From Dehalococcoidia bacterium (GTDB lineage Bacteria > Chloroflexota > Dehalococcoidia > Bin125): a DNA stretch of 64,000 nt. The position numbers and the translations under genes were made by a program. The stretch spans positions 641,401 through 705,400 of the forward strand of contig CBDBQC010000003.1 in the NCBI GenBank assembly GCA_965209205.1, read 5' to 3'. Of this stretch, positions 18,820 to 29,947 are shown piece by piece (positions within the stretch are counted from its first letter, which is position 1; every line of letters begins with the position of its first letter). Below the pieces are notes generated by a model, which saw only the letters and a program-made list of their open reading frames with translations, was not told the origin of the DNA and searched no databases.

Positions 18820-18876
18820 AGCGCGATCGACGCAGGCTGCGTGGCCTGCGCGTTGATCCGCCCACCGGGGCTTCCC

Positions 18877-19893
18877 ATGTACTCGCCCCACCGCGCGACC
18901 GCCTCGCTCACCCAGATGCTGCTCTGGCCGATCAACGTCCTGCGCCGGGGCGTCCGCCTGGGCCTCTCGACGCTGGAGATCCTGCTGGCCGCCTTCGGGG
19001 CCGTGGCGGCGCTCGTCGTCACGGCGCTGCTGACGCCCGCGCTCAACCAGCTGCCCGGCGCCGCGGGCGACTTCGCTCCCATCGGCGTCGCGATCCTGCT
19101 CGTGCCGGCCGGCATGGCGGTCGCGCTGGGGCGGCGGCCCGAGGTCGAGCGCTTCTTCAGCGGCGTGCGGGAGCGCACCGACACTGTGACCGAGGCGATC
19201 GTCCCGCCCGCCGCCGCGCGCGGGATCCGCAGCGGCGTGGTCGTCGACACCAGCGCCATCATCGACGGCCGCCTGGCCGACATCGCCGAGTCCGGCTTCC
19301 TGCTCGCCGACCTGATCGTGCCCCGCTTCGTCCTCGACGAACTGCGCCGCGTGGCCGACAGCAGCGACGCCCTCAAGCGCCGGCGCGGCCGCCACGGGCT
19401 GGAGTTGCTGTCGCGCATCCAGGCCGGGACGCAGGTCAAGACGATCATCGACGAGCGCGACTTCCCGGACGCGCCCGACGTCGACGCCAAGCTGCTCGCG
19501 CTGGCCCGCGACCGCGGCGCCGCCCTGCTCACGACCGACTTCAACCTCAACCGCGTGGCGGGCGTCGAGGACCTGCGCGTGCTGAACATCAACGTGCTGG
19601 CGCAGTCGGTCCGCACCGTGGCGCTGCCCGGCGAGACGCTCCACCTCCCCATCCACCAACCCGGCCGCGAGCGCCGCCAGGGCGTCGGCTTCCTGGCCGA
19701 CGGCACCATGGTCGTCGTCGAGGAGGCCCGCGACCTCGTGGGCCAGGATGTCGCGGTCGAGGTGCAGCGCGTGATCCAGACGGCGGCCGGGCGCATGCTC
19801 TTCGCCCAACTGCGGACGCCGGCGCCCGGCGCGGACGACGCCCCGGCGGCCCCCGGCGCCGGGGCCGGGACGTCCGCCGGAGCGCCCTCTTGA
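18877..19893 (+). CDS. YacL-like membrane protein with PIN and TRAM domains
   Basis: N-terminal TM segments, PIN motif VVVDTSAIIDGRLADIAESGFL..LIVPRFVLDELRRVADS, and a C-terminal TRAM-like segment GETLHLPIHQPGRERRQGVGFLADGTMVVVEEA. The yacL-ispD-ispF synteny is as in Bacillus. Start uncertain. Confidence 0.82.
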   Translation: MYSPHRATASLTQMLLWPINVLRRGVRLGLSTLEILLAAFGAVAALVVTALLTPALNQLPGAAGDFAPIGVAILLVPAGMAVALGRRPEVERFFSGVRERTDTVTEAIVPPAAARGIRSGVVVDTSAIIDGRLADIAESGFLLADLIVPRFVLDELRRVADSSDALKRRRGRHGLELLSRIQAGTQVKTIIDERDFPDAPDVDAKLLALARDRGAALLTTDFNLNRVAGVEDLRVLNINVLAQSVRTVALPGETLHLPIHQPGRERRQGVGFLADGTMVVVEEARDLVGQDVAVEVQRVIQTAAGRMLFAQLRTPAPGADDAPAAPGAGAGTSAGAPS

Positions 19894-20624
19894 GCCGCCC
19901 CCGGACGGGCGCGATCCTGCTCGCCGGGGGCCGCAGCGCTCGCATGGGCGGCATCGACAAGACGACCGCCGCGCTCGCCGGCCTGCCCGTGGTCGGCCAC
20001 TCCCTGCGCGCCTTCGCGGCCTGCGGCGCGATCGACCACATCGTGCTCGTGGCCGGGCCGGAGAACCGCGACCTCCTGGCCCGCCTCGCGGCCGAGCACG
20101 GCGGCGGCAAGGTGCGCGCCCTCCCACCCGGGGGCGCGCGTCGCCGCGATTCCGTCGCGGCCGGCCTGGCGGCGCTCCCCGACGTCGACCTGGTGGCGGT
20201 GCACGACACGGCCCGTCCGCTCGTCACGCAGGCGATGATCCGCGGCGGCATCGACCTGGCCGCGACGCACGGGGCCGCCATCGTGGTTGGCCCGGTGACC
20301 GACACCATCAAGCAGGTCGGCCTCCCCGCGGCGTGTGACGGCGCGGCCCGCATCGAGCGCACGATCGACCGCGCCGCGCTGCGCGCCGCCCAGACGCCGC
20401 AGACGTTCCGCCTGGACCTCCTGCGCCGCGCGCACGCCGCCGACGCGGCCCTGGACGCCACCGACGACGCGGCGCTGGTGGAGGCCCTGCCCGCCCCCGT
20501 CTTCGTCTACGACGCCGGGGCGCCCAATCCCAAGATCACCCGCCCGCAGGACCTGGCGGTCGTCGAGGCGCTCCTGCGCGCCCCCGCGGCGACCGGCGGC
20601 GCGGCGCCGGCGGCGCAGCGATGA
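19890..20624 (+). CDS. ispD: 2-C-methyl-D-erythritol 4-phosphate cytidylyltransferase
   Basis: AILLAGGRSARMGGIDKT..., VAVHDTARP, QTPQTF. This is only the last third of a 1498-aa track ORF. TTG start overlaps the previous stop. Confidence 0.9.
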   Translation: MSRPRTGAILLAGGRSARMGGIDKTTAALAGLPVVGHSLRAFAACGAIDHIVLVAGPENRDLLARLAAEHGGGKVRALPPGGARRRDSVAAGLAALPDVDLVAVHDTARPLVTQAMIRGGIDLAATHGAAIVVGPVTDTIKQVGLPAACDGAARIERTIDRAALRAAQTPQTFRLDLLRRAHAADAALDATDDAALVEALPAPVFVYDAGAPNPKITRPQDLAVVEALLRAPAATGGAAPAAQR

Positions 20625-21112
20625 GCCCCGCCCAGGACCGCATTGGGCTGGGCAGCGATTCGCATCGCTTCAGCGCCGATCGGCCGCTGGTGCTGGGCGG
20701 CGTGACGATCCCCGGCAGCGACGGCCTCGCCGGACACTCCGACGCCGATGTGCTCACGCACGCCATCATCGACGCGCTGCTGGGCGCGGCCGCGCTGGGC
20801 GACATCGGCGCCCACTTCCCACCCGATGATCCCGCCTGGGCGGGCGCCGACAGCCTCGATCTGCTGCGCCGCACGGTCGCCAGCCTGGAACAACACGGGT
20901 ATCGTGTGGGCAACGTGGACGCCACCGTGGTCGCGGAACGGCCGCGGCTGCGGCCCCACGTCGAGGCGATGCGGGCGCGGCTCGCAGCCGCCCTCGCGGT
21001 CGAGCCCGACGCTGTCAGCGTCAAGGCCACCACGGCCGAGGGGCTGGGCGCGCTGGGTCGCGCCGAGGGCATGCAGGCGCAGGCGATCGCGCTGATCCGC
21101 CGCCGCGACTGA
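20621..21112 (+). CDS. ispF: 2-C-methyl-D-erythritol 2,4-cyclodiphosphate synthase
   Basis: RIGLGSDSHRF...GHSDADVLTHAIIDALLGAAALGDIG. Confidence 0.95.
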   Translation: MSPAQDRIGLGSDSHRFSADRPLVLGGVTIPGSDGLAGHSDADVLTHAIIDALLGAAALGDIGAHFPPDDPAWAGADSLDLLRRTVASLEQHGYRVGNVDATVVAERPRLRPHVEAMRARLAAALAVEPDAVSVKATTAEGLGALGRAEGMQAQAIALIRRRD

Positions 21113-21146
21113 CGCGCCCGGGACGGACGCAGGAGGAGCAGGGGGC

Positions 21147-21230
21147 ATGACGCCGGTCAATCCCTACGTGCGCACGCTCAAGCGTCGTGGCGCGGTGCTG
21201 CCCGGCGTCCCCCTGGCGCGCTGTCCCTGA
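21147..21230 (+). CDS. candidate 27-codon upstream ORF (MTPVNPYVRTLKRRGAVLPGVPLARCP) between ispF and cysE
   Basis: AGGAGGAG lies about 9 nt upstream of the ATG and most codons end in G/C. No homology is recognisable by eye. Confidence 0.25.
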   Translation: MTPVNPYVRTLKRRGAVLPGVPLARCP

Positions 21231-21354
21231 GCGATCGCGCCGGCCCCCGTCCGCCCCCCGACCGACGCGTCGCCGGCGCGCCCCGCGCCCGCCCCGCCGT
21301 CGGTGGCCCCCATCGATGGTCCCCGCATCGATGGCCAATGTCCGTAGGAGCCCC

Positions 21355-22050
21355 ATGTTCGTCTTGCGCAACATCCGCGACGACATCCGCTTCGTCCTCG
21401 ACCGCGACCCCGCCGCCCTCAACCCGCTGGAGGTCGTCTTCCTCTACCCCGGTTTCCAGGCCCGCGAGCTGCACCGGCTGGCGCACACCCTCTGGCGGCT
21501 GCACGTCCCGTTCCTGCCCCGCGCCCTCTCGCACCTGGGCCGCTTCCTCACGGGGATCGAGATTCACCCCGGCGCGACCCTCGAGGGCCGCTGCTTCATC
21601 GATCACGGCATGGGCGTCGTGATCGGCGAGACGGCCGAGATCGGCGACGGCTGCCACCTGCACCAGGGCGTCACGCTGGGCGGCACCAGCACGCGGCGCA
21701 CCAAACGCCACCCCACGCTGGGCGCCGACGTCACCGTGGGCGCGGGCGCGCAGGTGATCGGCGCCGTGACCGTGGGCAAGGGCGCGAAGATCGGGGCCGG
21801 CTCCGTCGTCGTCGGCAACGTGCCCGAGTACGCCACCGTGGTGGGCGTGCCCGGCCACGTCGTCTCGTTCTACGACCCCGGCAACGACACCGTGCTGCGC
21901 CTGCCCGACCCCGAGCACGACCGCCTGGAGATCGTCGAGCAGCGCCTCTTCGAACTCGAATCGCGCTTGACCGACCACGAATATCCGCACGAGAGCGCGG
22001 ACGCCGCCGCCGCCGCCGCCGCGCCGGCGGAGACGCCCGGCGCGAACTGA
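21355..22050 (+). CDS. cysE: serine O-acetyltransferase
   Basis: DRDPAALNPLEVVFLYPGFQA..., hexapeptide repeats IHPGATLEGRCFIDHGMGVVIGETAEIGDGCHLHQGVTLGG. SD AGGAG upstream of ATG 21355. Confidence 0.92.
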   Translation: MFVLRNIRDDIRFVLDRDPAALNPLEVVFLYPGFQARELHRLAHTLWRLHVPFLPRALSHLGRFLTGIEIHPGATLEGRCFIDHGMGVVIGETAEIGDGCHLHQGVTLGGTSTRRTKRHPTLGADVTVGAGAQVIGAVTVGKGAKIGAGSVVVGNVPEYATVVGVPGHVVSFYDPGNDTVLRLPDPEHDRLEIVEQRLFELESRLTDHEYPHESADAAAAAAAPAETPGAN

Positions 22051-22076
22051 CCGCCGCGGCCGCATCGGAGAGACGC

Positions 22077-23522
<1,446 letters not shown>

Positions 23523-23554
23523 CGTTCCCGCGCCGCTCCCGGGCGGCGATCGCC

Positions 23555-23584
23555 TTGACCCGATTTTTCGGACCCTCATATACT
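23555..23584 (+). promoter_or_regulatory. candidate promoter of the tRNA-tuf cluster (TTGACC - 18 nt - TATACT)
   Basis: Motif match in a locally AT-richer patch, 47 nt upstream of the first tRNA. Confidence 0.5.
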
Positions 23585-23630
23585 CCTTGACAGACGCGCG
23601 GTTCAGCGTGTCTTTTTCGTTTCGGGCTGA

Positions 23631-23706
23631 GCCCGAGTGGCGCAACTGGCAGCGCAGCCGATTTGTAATCGGCAGGTTGGGGGTTCGAATCCCTTCTCGG
23701 GCTCCA
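23631..23706 (+). tRNA. tRNA-Thr (anticodon TGT)
   Basis: Hand-folded cloverleaf. Acceptor GCCCGAG/CTCGGGC, D stem GCGC/GCGC, anticodon stem GCCGA/TCGGC with loop TTTGTAA, T loop GGTTCGAATCC, encoded CCA. Confidence 0.9.
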
Positions 23707-23744
23707 ACCGCCGGCGACGGCCTGCCAGCCCTGCGCCGGGGCGC

Positions 23745-23832
23745 GCTGGGGTGGGTGAGTGGCTAATACCACCGGTCTGTAAAACCGGCGCCCGGAAGGG
23801 CTACGCAGGTTCGAATCCTGCCCCCAGCACCA
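23745..23832 (+). tRNA. tRNA-Tyr (anticodon GTA), long variable arm
   Basis: Acceptor GCTGGGG/CCCCAGC, anticodon stem CCGGT/ACCGG with loop CTGTAAA, long variable arm, T arm GCAGG-TTCGAAT-CCTGC, ACCA end. Confidence 0.9.
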
Positions 23833-23905
23833 GACATCGCGGCCCGCCGCCCGTCCCGCCCCGGCGGTCGCGCGGCGGAGCCGGGCAGGTGAGGATGAAC
23901 GTCCG

Positions 23906-23981
23906 GCCCACATAGCTCAGTCGGTAGAGCGCGTTCTTGGTAAGAACGAGGTCTCCAGTTCAAATCTGGATGTGGGCTCCA
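23906..23981 (+). tRNA. tRNA-Thr (anticodon GGT)
   Basis: GCCCACATAGCTCAGTCGGTAGAGC..., anticodon stem CGTTC/GAACG with loop TTGGTAA, T arm CCAGTTCAAATCTGG, CCA end. Confidence 0.92.
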
Positions 23982-24044
23982 GTCAGTCAGCAGGCACGGC
24001 CCGGCCCACCCCGGGGCCCGCGCACGAACGCAGGAAGGAATCCC

Positions 24045-25244
<1,200 letters not shown>

Positions 25245-25253
25245 GCTTCCCGC

Positions 25254-25415
25254 ATGGCCAAAGGCGACCGCGTTCACATCACACTGCGCTGCCGGGAGTG
25301 CCAGCGCTTCTCGTACCACTCCAAGAAGAACCGTCGCAACACGACGGGCCGGCTGGAGTTGCGCAAGTACTGCCCGCGCTGCCGGGCGCATCACCCGTTC
25401 CGCGAGACGCGTTGA
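25254..25415 (+). CDS. rpmG: 50S ribosomal protein L33
   Basis: Hand translation [53 protein letters not shown], 53 aa, below the ORF-track cutoff. The tuf-rpmG-secE order is typical. Confidence 0.9.
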   Translation: MAKGDRVHITLRCRECQRFSYHSKKNRRNTTGRLELRKYCPRCRAHHPFRETR

Positions 25416-25433
25416 GCGGCGAGAGGACGAGTC

Positions 25434-25853
25434 ATGCCTCGCGCCGGGCGTCGCCGCCGCCGCCGCCGCCAGACCGGCGGTCAATCCCCCGCATCGGGTG
25501 CGCAAGCACGCGGCCGGGAGGCCGCGTCGGTCACGCCGCCGCCCGCCGCGTCATCCACCCCCGCGACCCCGCCGCCCCCCGCGCAGACCGTGCGGCCCCG
25601 CCGCGGCACGCCGCGGCCCTCGGCCGGCGCCCAGAGCGGCGCGGGCGGCAACCGCGGCCGGCTCTACCGCCTCACCCATCCCCGCCTCGTGATGGAGACC
25701 ATCTCGGAGCTGCGCAAGGTCGTCTGGCCGAGCCGCGCCGAGACCCGCAGCCTGTCGACGGTCGTGATCGTCATCGCGATCGCGGTCGGCATCCTGCTGG
25801 GCTCCGTCGACTGGGTCTTCAACCGCCTGATGGAAAACGTCCTGCTCAACTAG
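25434..25853 (+). CDS. secE: preprotein translocase subunit SecE with long Arg/Pro-rich N-terminal extension
   Basis: C-terminal ETISELRKVVWPSRAETRSLSTVVIVIAIAVGILLGSVDWVFNRLM. SD GAGAGGA upstream of ATG 25434. The true start could be further downstream. Confidence 0.85.
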   Translation: MPRAGRRRRRRRQTGGQSPASGAQARGREAASVTPPPAASSTPATPPPPAQTVRPRRGTPRPSAGAQSGAGGNRGRLYRLTHPRLVMETISELRKVVWPSRAETRSLSTVVIVIAIAVGILLGSVDWVFNRLMENVLLN

Positions 25854-25883
25854 CGCCGCGAAACCGATACTGCTGAACCCACG

Positions 25884-26924
25884 ATGACCAGCGATACCGA
25901 CACCACCACCGACGCTCCCGACGCGCCCATGCTCGATGCCGCGCAGGGCGACGCCCCCATGCTCGACGATGCCGTGGGCGACGATGCCGCGGCCGACCCC
26001 GCCGCGGCGCCGGACGCCCCCGCGCCGCTGACGCCCGTGCCGCTGACCGACGACGTCGTCACCGAGGCCAGCGCACGGGACGCCGACGCCGCGGCCGCGG
26101 CCGCCGCCCTGTTCGGCGTCGAGACCGCCGCCGCACCCGCGACGGACGACGCCGACGCCCGCCTCAGCGCCGCCGAGCGGGAGTACGAAGCCGCGATGCG
26201 CGCCGTCAAGGCGCTCGGCCTCGACGAGACGGCGCCCACGGCTGCCATCGACCGGGAGGCCGAGACCGCCGAGCGGCTGGCCGAGCAACTGGGCCTCGGC
26301 GACGAGGCGCCGCCCGCCGCCGTGGAGCCGGAAGCGGCGGAAGACGCCGCCGCCCGCCTCGCCGCCGCCGAGGCCGACGAGATCCTGGGCCCCGACGCCG
26401 GCGACGGCCGCGCCTGGTACGTCCTCAATACCTACTCCGGCCACGAGAACAAGGTCGACGAGAACCTCAAGCGCCGCGTGGAGTCGATGGATGTCGCCGA
26501 CCGCATCTTCGACGTCGTCGTGCCCACCGAGGAAGAGTTGGAGATCCGTGGCGGGCAGCGCCGCAAGGTGCAGCGCAAGCTGCTGCCGGGCTACGTGCTG
26601 GTCAGCATGATCCTCGACGACGACACTTGGTACGTGGTGCGCAACACGCCGGGCGTCACCGGCTTCGTCGGCGCCGAGAAACCGCACCCCCTGCCGCGCG
26701 AGGAGGTCGCCGGCATCCTCAAGCAAACGCGCGTCGCCGAGCCGCGCGTGCGCGTGGGCTTCGAAGTCGCCGACATGGTGCGCGTGATGGAGGGGCCCTT
26801 CCAGGACTTCTCCGGCGAAGTCGACGAGATCAACGTCGAAAAGGGCAAGGTCCGCGTCATGATCTCCATGTTCGGTCGCGACACCCCCGTGGAGTTGGAC
26901 TTCATGCAAGTCGAGAAGGTGTAG
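25884..26924 (+). CDS. nusG: transcription termination/antitermination factor NusG with roughly 165-aa acidic Ala/Asp-rich N-terminal extension
   Basis: [14 protein letters not shown]...[10 protein letters not shown]..., KOW segment [34 protein letters not shown]. Confidence 0.93.
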   Translation: MTSDTDTTTDAPDAPMLDAAQGDAPMLDDAVGDDAAADPAAAPDAPAPLTPVPLTDDVVTEASARDADAAAAAAALFGVETAAAPATDDADARLSAAEREYEAAMRAVKALGLDETAPTAAIDREAETAERLAEQLGLGDEAPPAAVEPEAAEDAAARLAAAEADEILGPDAGDGRAWYVLNTYSGHENKVDENLKRRVESMDVADRIFDVVVPTEEELEIRGGQRRKVQRKLLPGYVLVSMILDDDTWYVVRNTPGVTGFVGAEKPHPLPREEVAGILKQTRVAEPRVRVGFEVADMVRVMEGPFQDFSGEVDEINVEKGKVRVMISMFGRDTPVELDFMQVEKV

Positions 26925-26926
26925 CG

Positions 26927-27352
26927 ATGGCGAAGCGAATCCGCGCGGTGCTGACCCTGCAAATGGAGGCCGGCAAGGCCAGTCCAGCGCCGCCGGTGGG
27001 CCCCGCGCTGGGCCAGCACGGCGTCAACATCATGGACTTCGTGAAGTCCTACAACGAACGCTCGGCGAGCATGGCCGGCGACATCGCCCCCGCCCAGATC
27101 ACGATCTACGAGGACCGCTCGTTCACCTTCGAGCTGCGCACGCCGCCGGCCTCGGACCTGATCCGCAAGGCCGCCGGTCTCGACAAGGGGTCCAGCGAAC
27201 CGCGGCGCGAGCTGGTGGGGCGGATCTCGCGGGAGCAGGTGCGGCAGATCGCCGAGAAGAAGATGCCCGACCTCAACGCCAACGACGTCGACGGCGCGAT
27301 GAAGATCGTCGCCGGCACCGCCCGCAGCATGGGCGTGACGGTTTCGGAGTAG
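26927..27352 (+). CDS. rplK: 50S ribosomal protein L11
   Basis: [43 protein letters not shown]. Confidence 0.97.
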   Translation: MAKRIRAVLTLQMEAGKASPAPPVGPALGQHGVNIMDFVKSYNERSASMAGDIAPAQITIYEDRSFTFELRTPPASDLIRKAAGLDKGSSEPRRELVGRISREQVRQIAEKKMPDLNANDVDGAMKIVAGTARSMGVTVSE

Positions 27353-27355
27353 GAC

Positions 27356-28069
27356 ATGCCCAAACACGGGAAGCGTTACACCAGCGCCGTCGCGGCGTTC
27401 GACCGGCAGGCCCCCGTCGCGCTGGGCGAGGCCGTCAGCCGCGTCAAGCAGGGCGCCACCGCCAAGTTCGACGAGACGGTGGAGTTGCACATCCGCACCG
27501 GCCTCGACCCGCGCCACGCCGACCAGCAGGTGCGCGGCACCACCAACCTGCCCCACGGCCTGGGCAAGACCGTGCGCGTGGCGGTCTTCGCCGAGGGCGA
27601 GGCCGCCCGCGACGCCGAAGCGGCCGGCGCGGCCATCGTGGGCGCGGACGACCTGATCAAGAAGGTCTCCGACGGCTTCACCGACTTCGATGTCGCGCTG
27701 GCGCAGCGCGAGCTGATGGGCAAGGTCGGCCGGCTGGGCCGCATCCTGGGACCCCGCGGCCTGATGCCCAACCCCCGCGCGGGCACCGTCGTGGGCGCCG
27801 CCGACGTCGGCAAGGCCGTCGAGGAGGCGCAGGCGGGCCGCGTCGAGTTCCGCCTCGACCGCCTCGCGATCATGCACGTGCCCGTGGGCAAGGCCAGCTT
27901 CGAAGAGCAGCAGCTGGTCGACAACATCGCCGCGCTCGTCGGGGAGATCGTCAAGGCCAAGCCCAGCGGCGCCAAGGGCGCCTATATCCGCGGGCTCCAC
28001 CTCACCTCTACGATGGGACCCAGCGTGAAACTGGAGTTGCAGAGCACGATCAGCACCACCGCGGAGTAG
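27356..28069 (+). CDS. rplA: 50S ribosomal protein L1
   Basis: MPKHGKRYTSA..., FDETVELHIRTGLDPRHADQQVRGT. Confidence 0.97.
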   Translation: MPKHGKRYTSAVAAFDRQAPVALGEAVSRVKQGATAKFDETVELHIRTGLDPRHADQQVRGTTNLPHGLGKTVRVAVFAEGEAARDAEAAGAAIVGADDLIKKVSDGFTDFDVALAQRELMGKVGRLGRILGPRGLMPNPRAGTVVGAADVGKAVEEAQAGRVEFRLDRLAIMHVPVGKASFEEQQLVDNIAALVGEIVKAKPSGAKGAYIRGLHLTSTMGPSVKLELQSTISTTAE

Positions 28070-28263
28070 ACCTCCGCTCCCGGCGCCGAAGACCGCTGGC
28101 GGCGACCCCCTCGCCTTAATCTCCAGCGCAGGTGCGGATTCGACCTCCCGGCCCCGCGGCCGGGAGTCCCGCCCCTTCCGTCCCATCGGCGCCGCACCGG
28201 CAGGACGCGGAGGGCGTTTTCGTGCGCTCCGCCCCATGCACAGACCTCGAGAAGGAGCCGCCT
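28070..28263 (+). promoter_or_regulatory. possible rplJ (L10) leader region
   Basis: 194-nt gap at the position where L10-leader autoregulatory RNAs occur. It contains a perfect hairpin CTCCCGGCC-CCGC-GGCCGGGAG. I cannot verify the L10-leader consensus by eye. Confidence 0.3.
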
Positions 28264-28872
28264 ATGCCCACTGAACACAAGGTCCAACAGGTCGCCGACC
28301 TGGAGGAGCGGCTGGGCCGCGCGGTGATGGCGATCGGGCTCGACTTCCGCCACCTCAGCGTGGGCCAGATGCGTGCGCTGCGCCTCACCCTGCGCGCGCA
28401 GGAGCCGTCGATGGAGTTGCGCGTCGTCAAGAACACGCTGCTCAAGCGCGCCGCCGAGAACGCCGGGCGCCCCGGCGTGGGCGCGATCGCCAACCAATCG
28501 ACGGCCCTCGTGCTCGGCTACGAAGAAGAGGTCGGGCCGCCCAAGGCCCTCAAGAAGTACCTGCGCGACTCCCGCCTGGAGATCCCCATCCACGGCGGCT
28601 ACCTGGACGGGGAGGTTCTTTCCGCCGCCCAGGTCGACGACCTGGCGTCGGTGCCCACGCGCGTCGAGTTGATGGCCCGCGTCGCCGGCGGGGTGAACGG
28701 GCCCGTCGGCGGCATCGCGGCGGGCATCAACGCCCTGCTGCGCGAGGTCGCGGCCATCATCGAGGCCCGCGCCGAGCAACTCGACAGCGCGCAAGACCCA
28801 GCCCAGCCCAGTCAGACCGGCAGTGAGACCGCCAGTGAGACCGCGAACGCGGAAGGAGACAGCAATGGCTAA
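28264..28872 (+). CDS. rplJ: 50S ribosomal protein L10
   Basis: [17 protein letters not shown]..., [12 protein letters not shown]. Confidence 0.95.
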   Translation: MPTEHKVQQVADLEERLGRAVMAIGLDFRHLSVGQMRALRLTLRAQEPSMELRVVKNTLLKRAAENAGRPGVGAIANQSTALVLGYEEEVGPPKALKKYLRDSRLEIPIHGGYLDGEVLSAAQVDDLASVPTRVELMARVAGGVNGPVGGIAAGINALLREVAAIIEARAEQLDSAQDPAQPSQTGSETASETANAEGDSNG

Positions 28873-29236
28873 GGTTCAAGAGGCATTCGATCTGATCAGC
28901 GGGATGACCGTGCTCGAAGCGCGCGATCTCGTCAAGAAGATCGAGGAAGAGTTCGGCGTCAGCGCCGCCGCGCCGATGGCGATGATGGCGGCCCCCGGCG
29001 CCGAGGCCGAGCCCGAGGAGGAGCAGACCGAGTTCACGGTCGTGCTCAAGGACTTCGGCGCGAACAAGATCAACGTCATCAAGGCCGTCCGCGCCCTCAC
29101 GACGCTGGGCCTCAAGGAGGCCAAGGAGTTCGTCGAGAGCGCCCCCGCGAACGTCCGCGAGGGCGTCCCGAAGGACGAGGCCGAGAAGGTCAAGGCCGAC
29201 CTCGAAGCGGCCGGGGCCAGCGTCGACATCCAGTAG
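28865..29236 (+). CDS. rplL: 50S ribosomal protein L7/L12
   Basis: [32 protein letters not shown]...[25 protein letters not shown]. Confidence 0.97.
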   Translation: MAKVQEAFDLISGMTVLEARDLVKKIEEEFGVSAAAPMAMMAAPGAEAEPEEEQTEFTVVLKDFGANKINVIKAVRALTTLGLKEAKEFVESAPANVREGVPKDEAEKVKADLEAAGASVDIQ

Positions 29237-29339
29237 CGCCGGAGGAGCGGCGACGGCGCGACGGCGCGATCGGGTATCCTGACCCTCGACGCCCCCCGGC
29301 CGCGCCGCGCCGGGGGCGGAGGGGAGCGCCGCCCGCACC

Positions 29340-29873
29340 ATGCTCTCGACCTCGCACGCCGCCGGACCCCTGCGGGGGCGCATTGGCCGGCGCCCCATCA
29401 CGGCGCCGGCGCTGCGCCCGCCCCAGAGCCCCGTCCGCTTGCTGGCGGTGGTGGTGCTGACGGTCGCGGTCGTGACCGTGTGGGGCCGGCGCGACGATCC
29501 GGCCCCCGTCGCCGCGGAGCCGCCGCAGGTGATCAGCGTCGTCGGCGCCGAGCCCCCGCCCGCGGCGGAAGCGCGCATCTCGCTGCCGGCCGCGACGGTG
29601 GCCGCCCAGGAACCGGCCCAGTTCAGCGCCGCGCCCGCGCCCGCGGTCGTCCTGCCCCGCCTGCGCGCCGACGCGCTGCCGCGTCCCCCGGAGCCCGCCG
29701 ATCCGGTCCAGGCGACGGCCTTCATCCATTTCATCGCGCAGCCCGGCGATACCCTCTACGACGTTAGCGTCGTCTACGGCGTCTCCATCGACGACCTGCT
29801 GTGCTACAACCCCGGCCTGGGCGATGGGACGCAGATCCTCGTCGGCCAGATCATCTTCGTTCCGGAGGAATAG
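29340..29873 (+). CDS. membrane-anchored LysM-domain protein
   Basis: N-terminal TM segment LLAVVVLTVAVVTVW. C-terminal LysM IAQPGDTLYDVSVVYGVSIDDLLCYNPGLGDGTQILVGQIIFVP. Confidence 0.75.
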   Translation: MLSTSHAAGPLRGRIGRRPITAPALRPPQSPVRLLAVVVLTVAVVTVWGRRDDPAPVAAEPPQVISVVGAEPPPAAEARISLPAATVAAQEPAQFSAAPAPAVVLPRLRADALPRPPEPADPVQATAFIHFIAQPGDTLYDVSVVYGVSIDDLLCYNPGLGDGTQILVGQIIFVPEE

Positions 29874-29947
29874 CCGTTCACATCGATCGCCCCCCCACCA
29901 CGACGATCCAGCCCAGCGCCGACAAGCGTGCCCGCGCACGGCGCCTG

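Noticed and set aside
18585-18876. Cobalamin riboswitch on the minus strand upstream of the B12-binding radical SAM gene.
   Set aside because: The reverse complement lacks the B12 box (GCCACTG) and the AGGGAA...GGTGAAAATCC core. The terminator-like hairpin has plus-strand polarity.
16128-19889. First ~1250 codons of the 1498-aa plus-strand ORF.
   Set aside because: Only the last ~245 codons (ispD) show homology. The rest is antisense to DinB and the radical SAM gene, or out of frame with the PIN/TRAM gene.
23587-23620. Hairpin plus T5 run just upstream of the first tRNA, considered as the cysS terminator or a second promoter (TTGACA).
   Set aside because: The stem is short and bulged, and no -10 hexamer lies at 16-19 nt from the TTGACA. 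It is too ambiguous to call.
23833-23905. 73-nt spacer between tRNA-Tyr and tRNA-Thr(GGT), at the position where E. coli has glyT; considered as a degenerate tRNA-Gly.
   Set aside because: No acceptor, D or T stem pairing, no GTTCGA-type T loop, and no similarity to tRNA-Gly could be found by hand folding.
29237-29339. c-di-AMP (ydaO-type) riboswitch upstream of the LysM-domain gene.
   Set aside because: The gap is only ~100 nt and shows none of the ACGGGG/CCCGAA-type conserved segments. It has just one GC hairpin without a U-tail.
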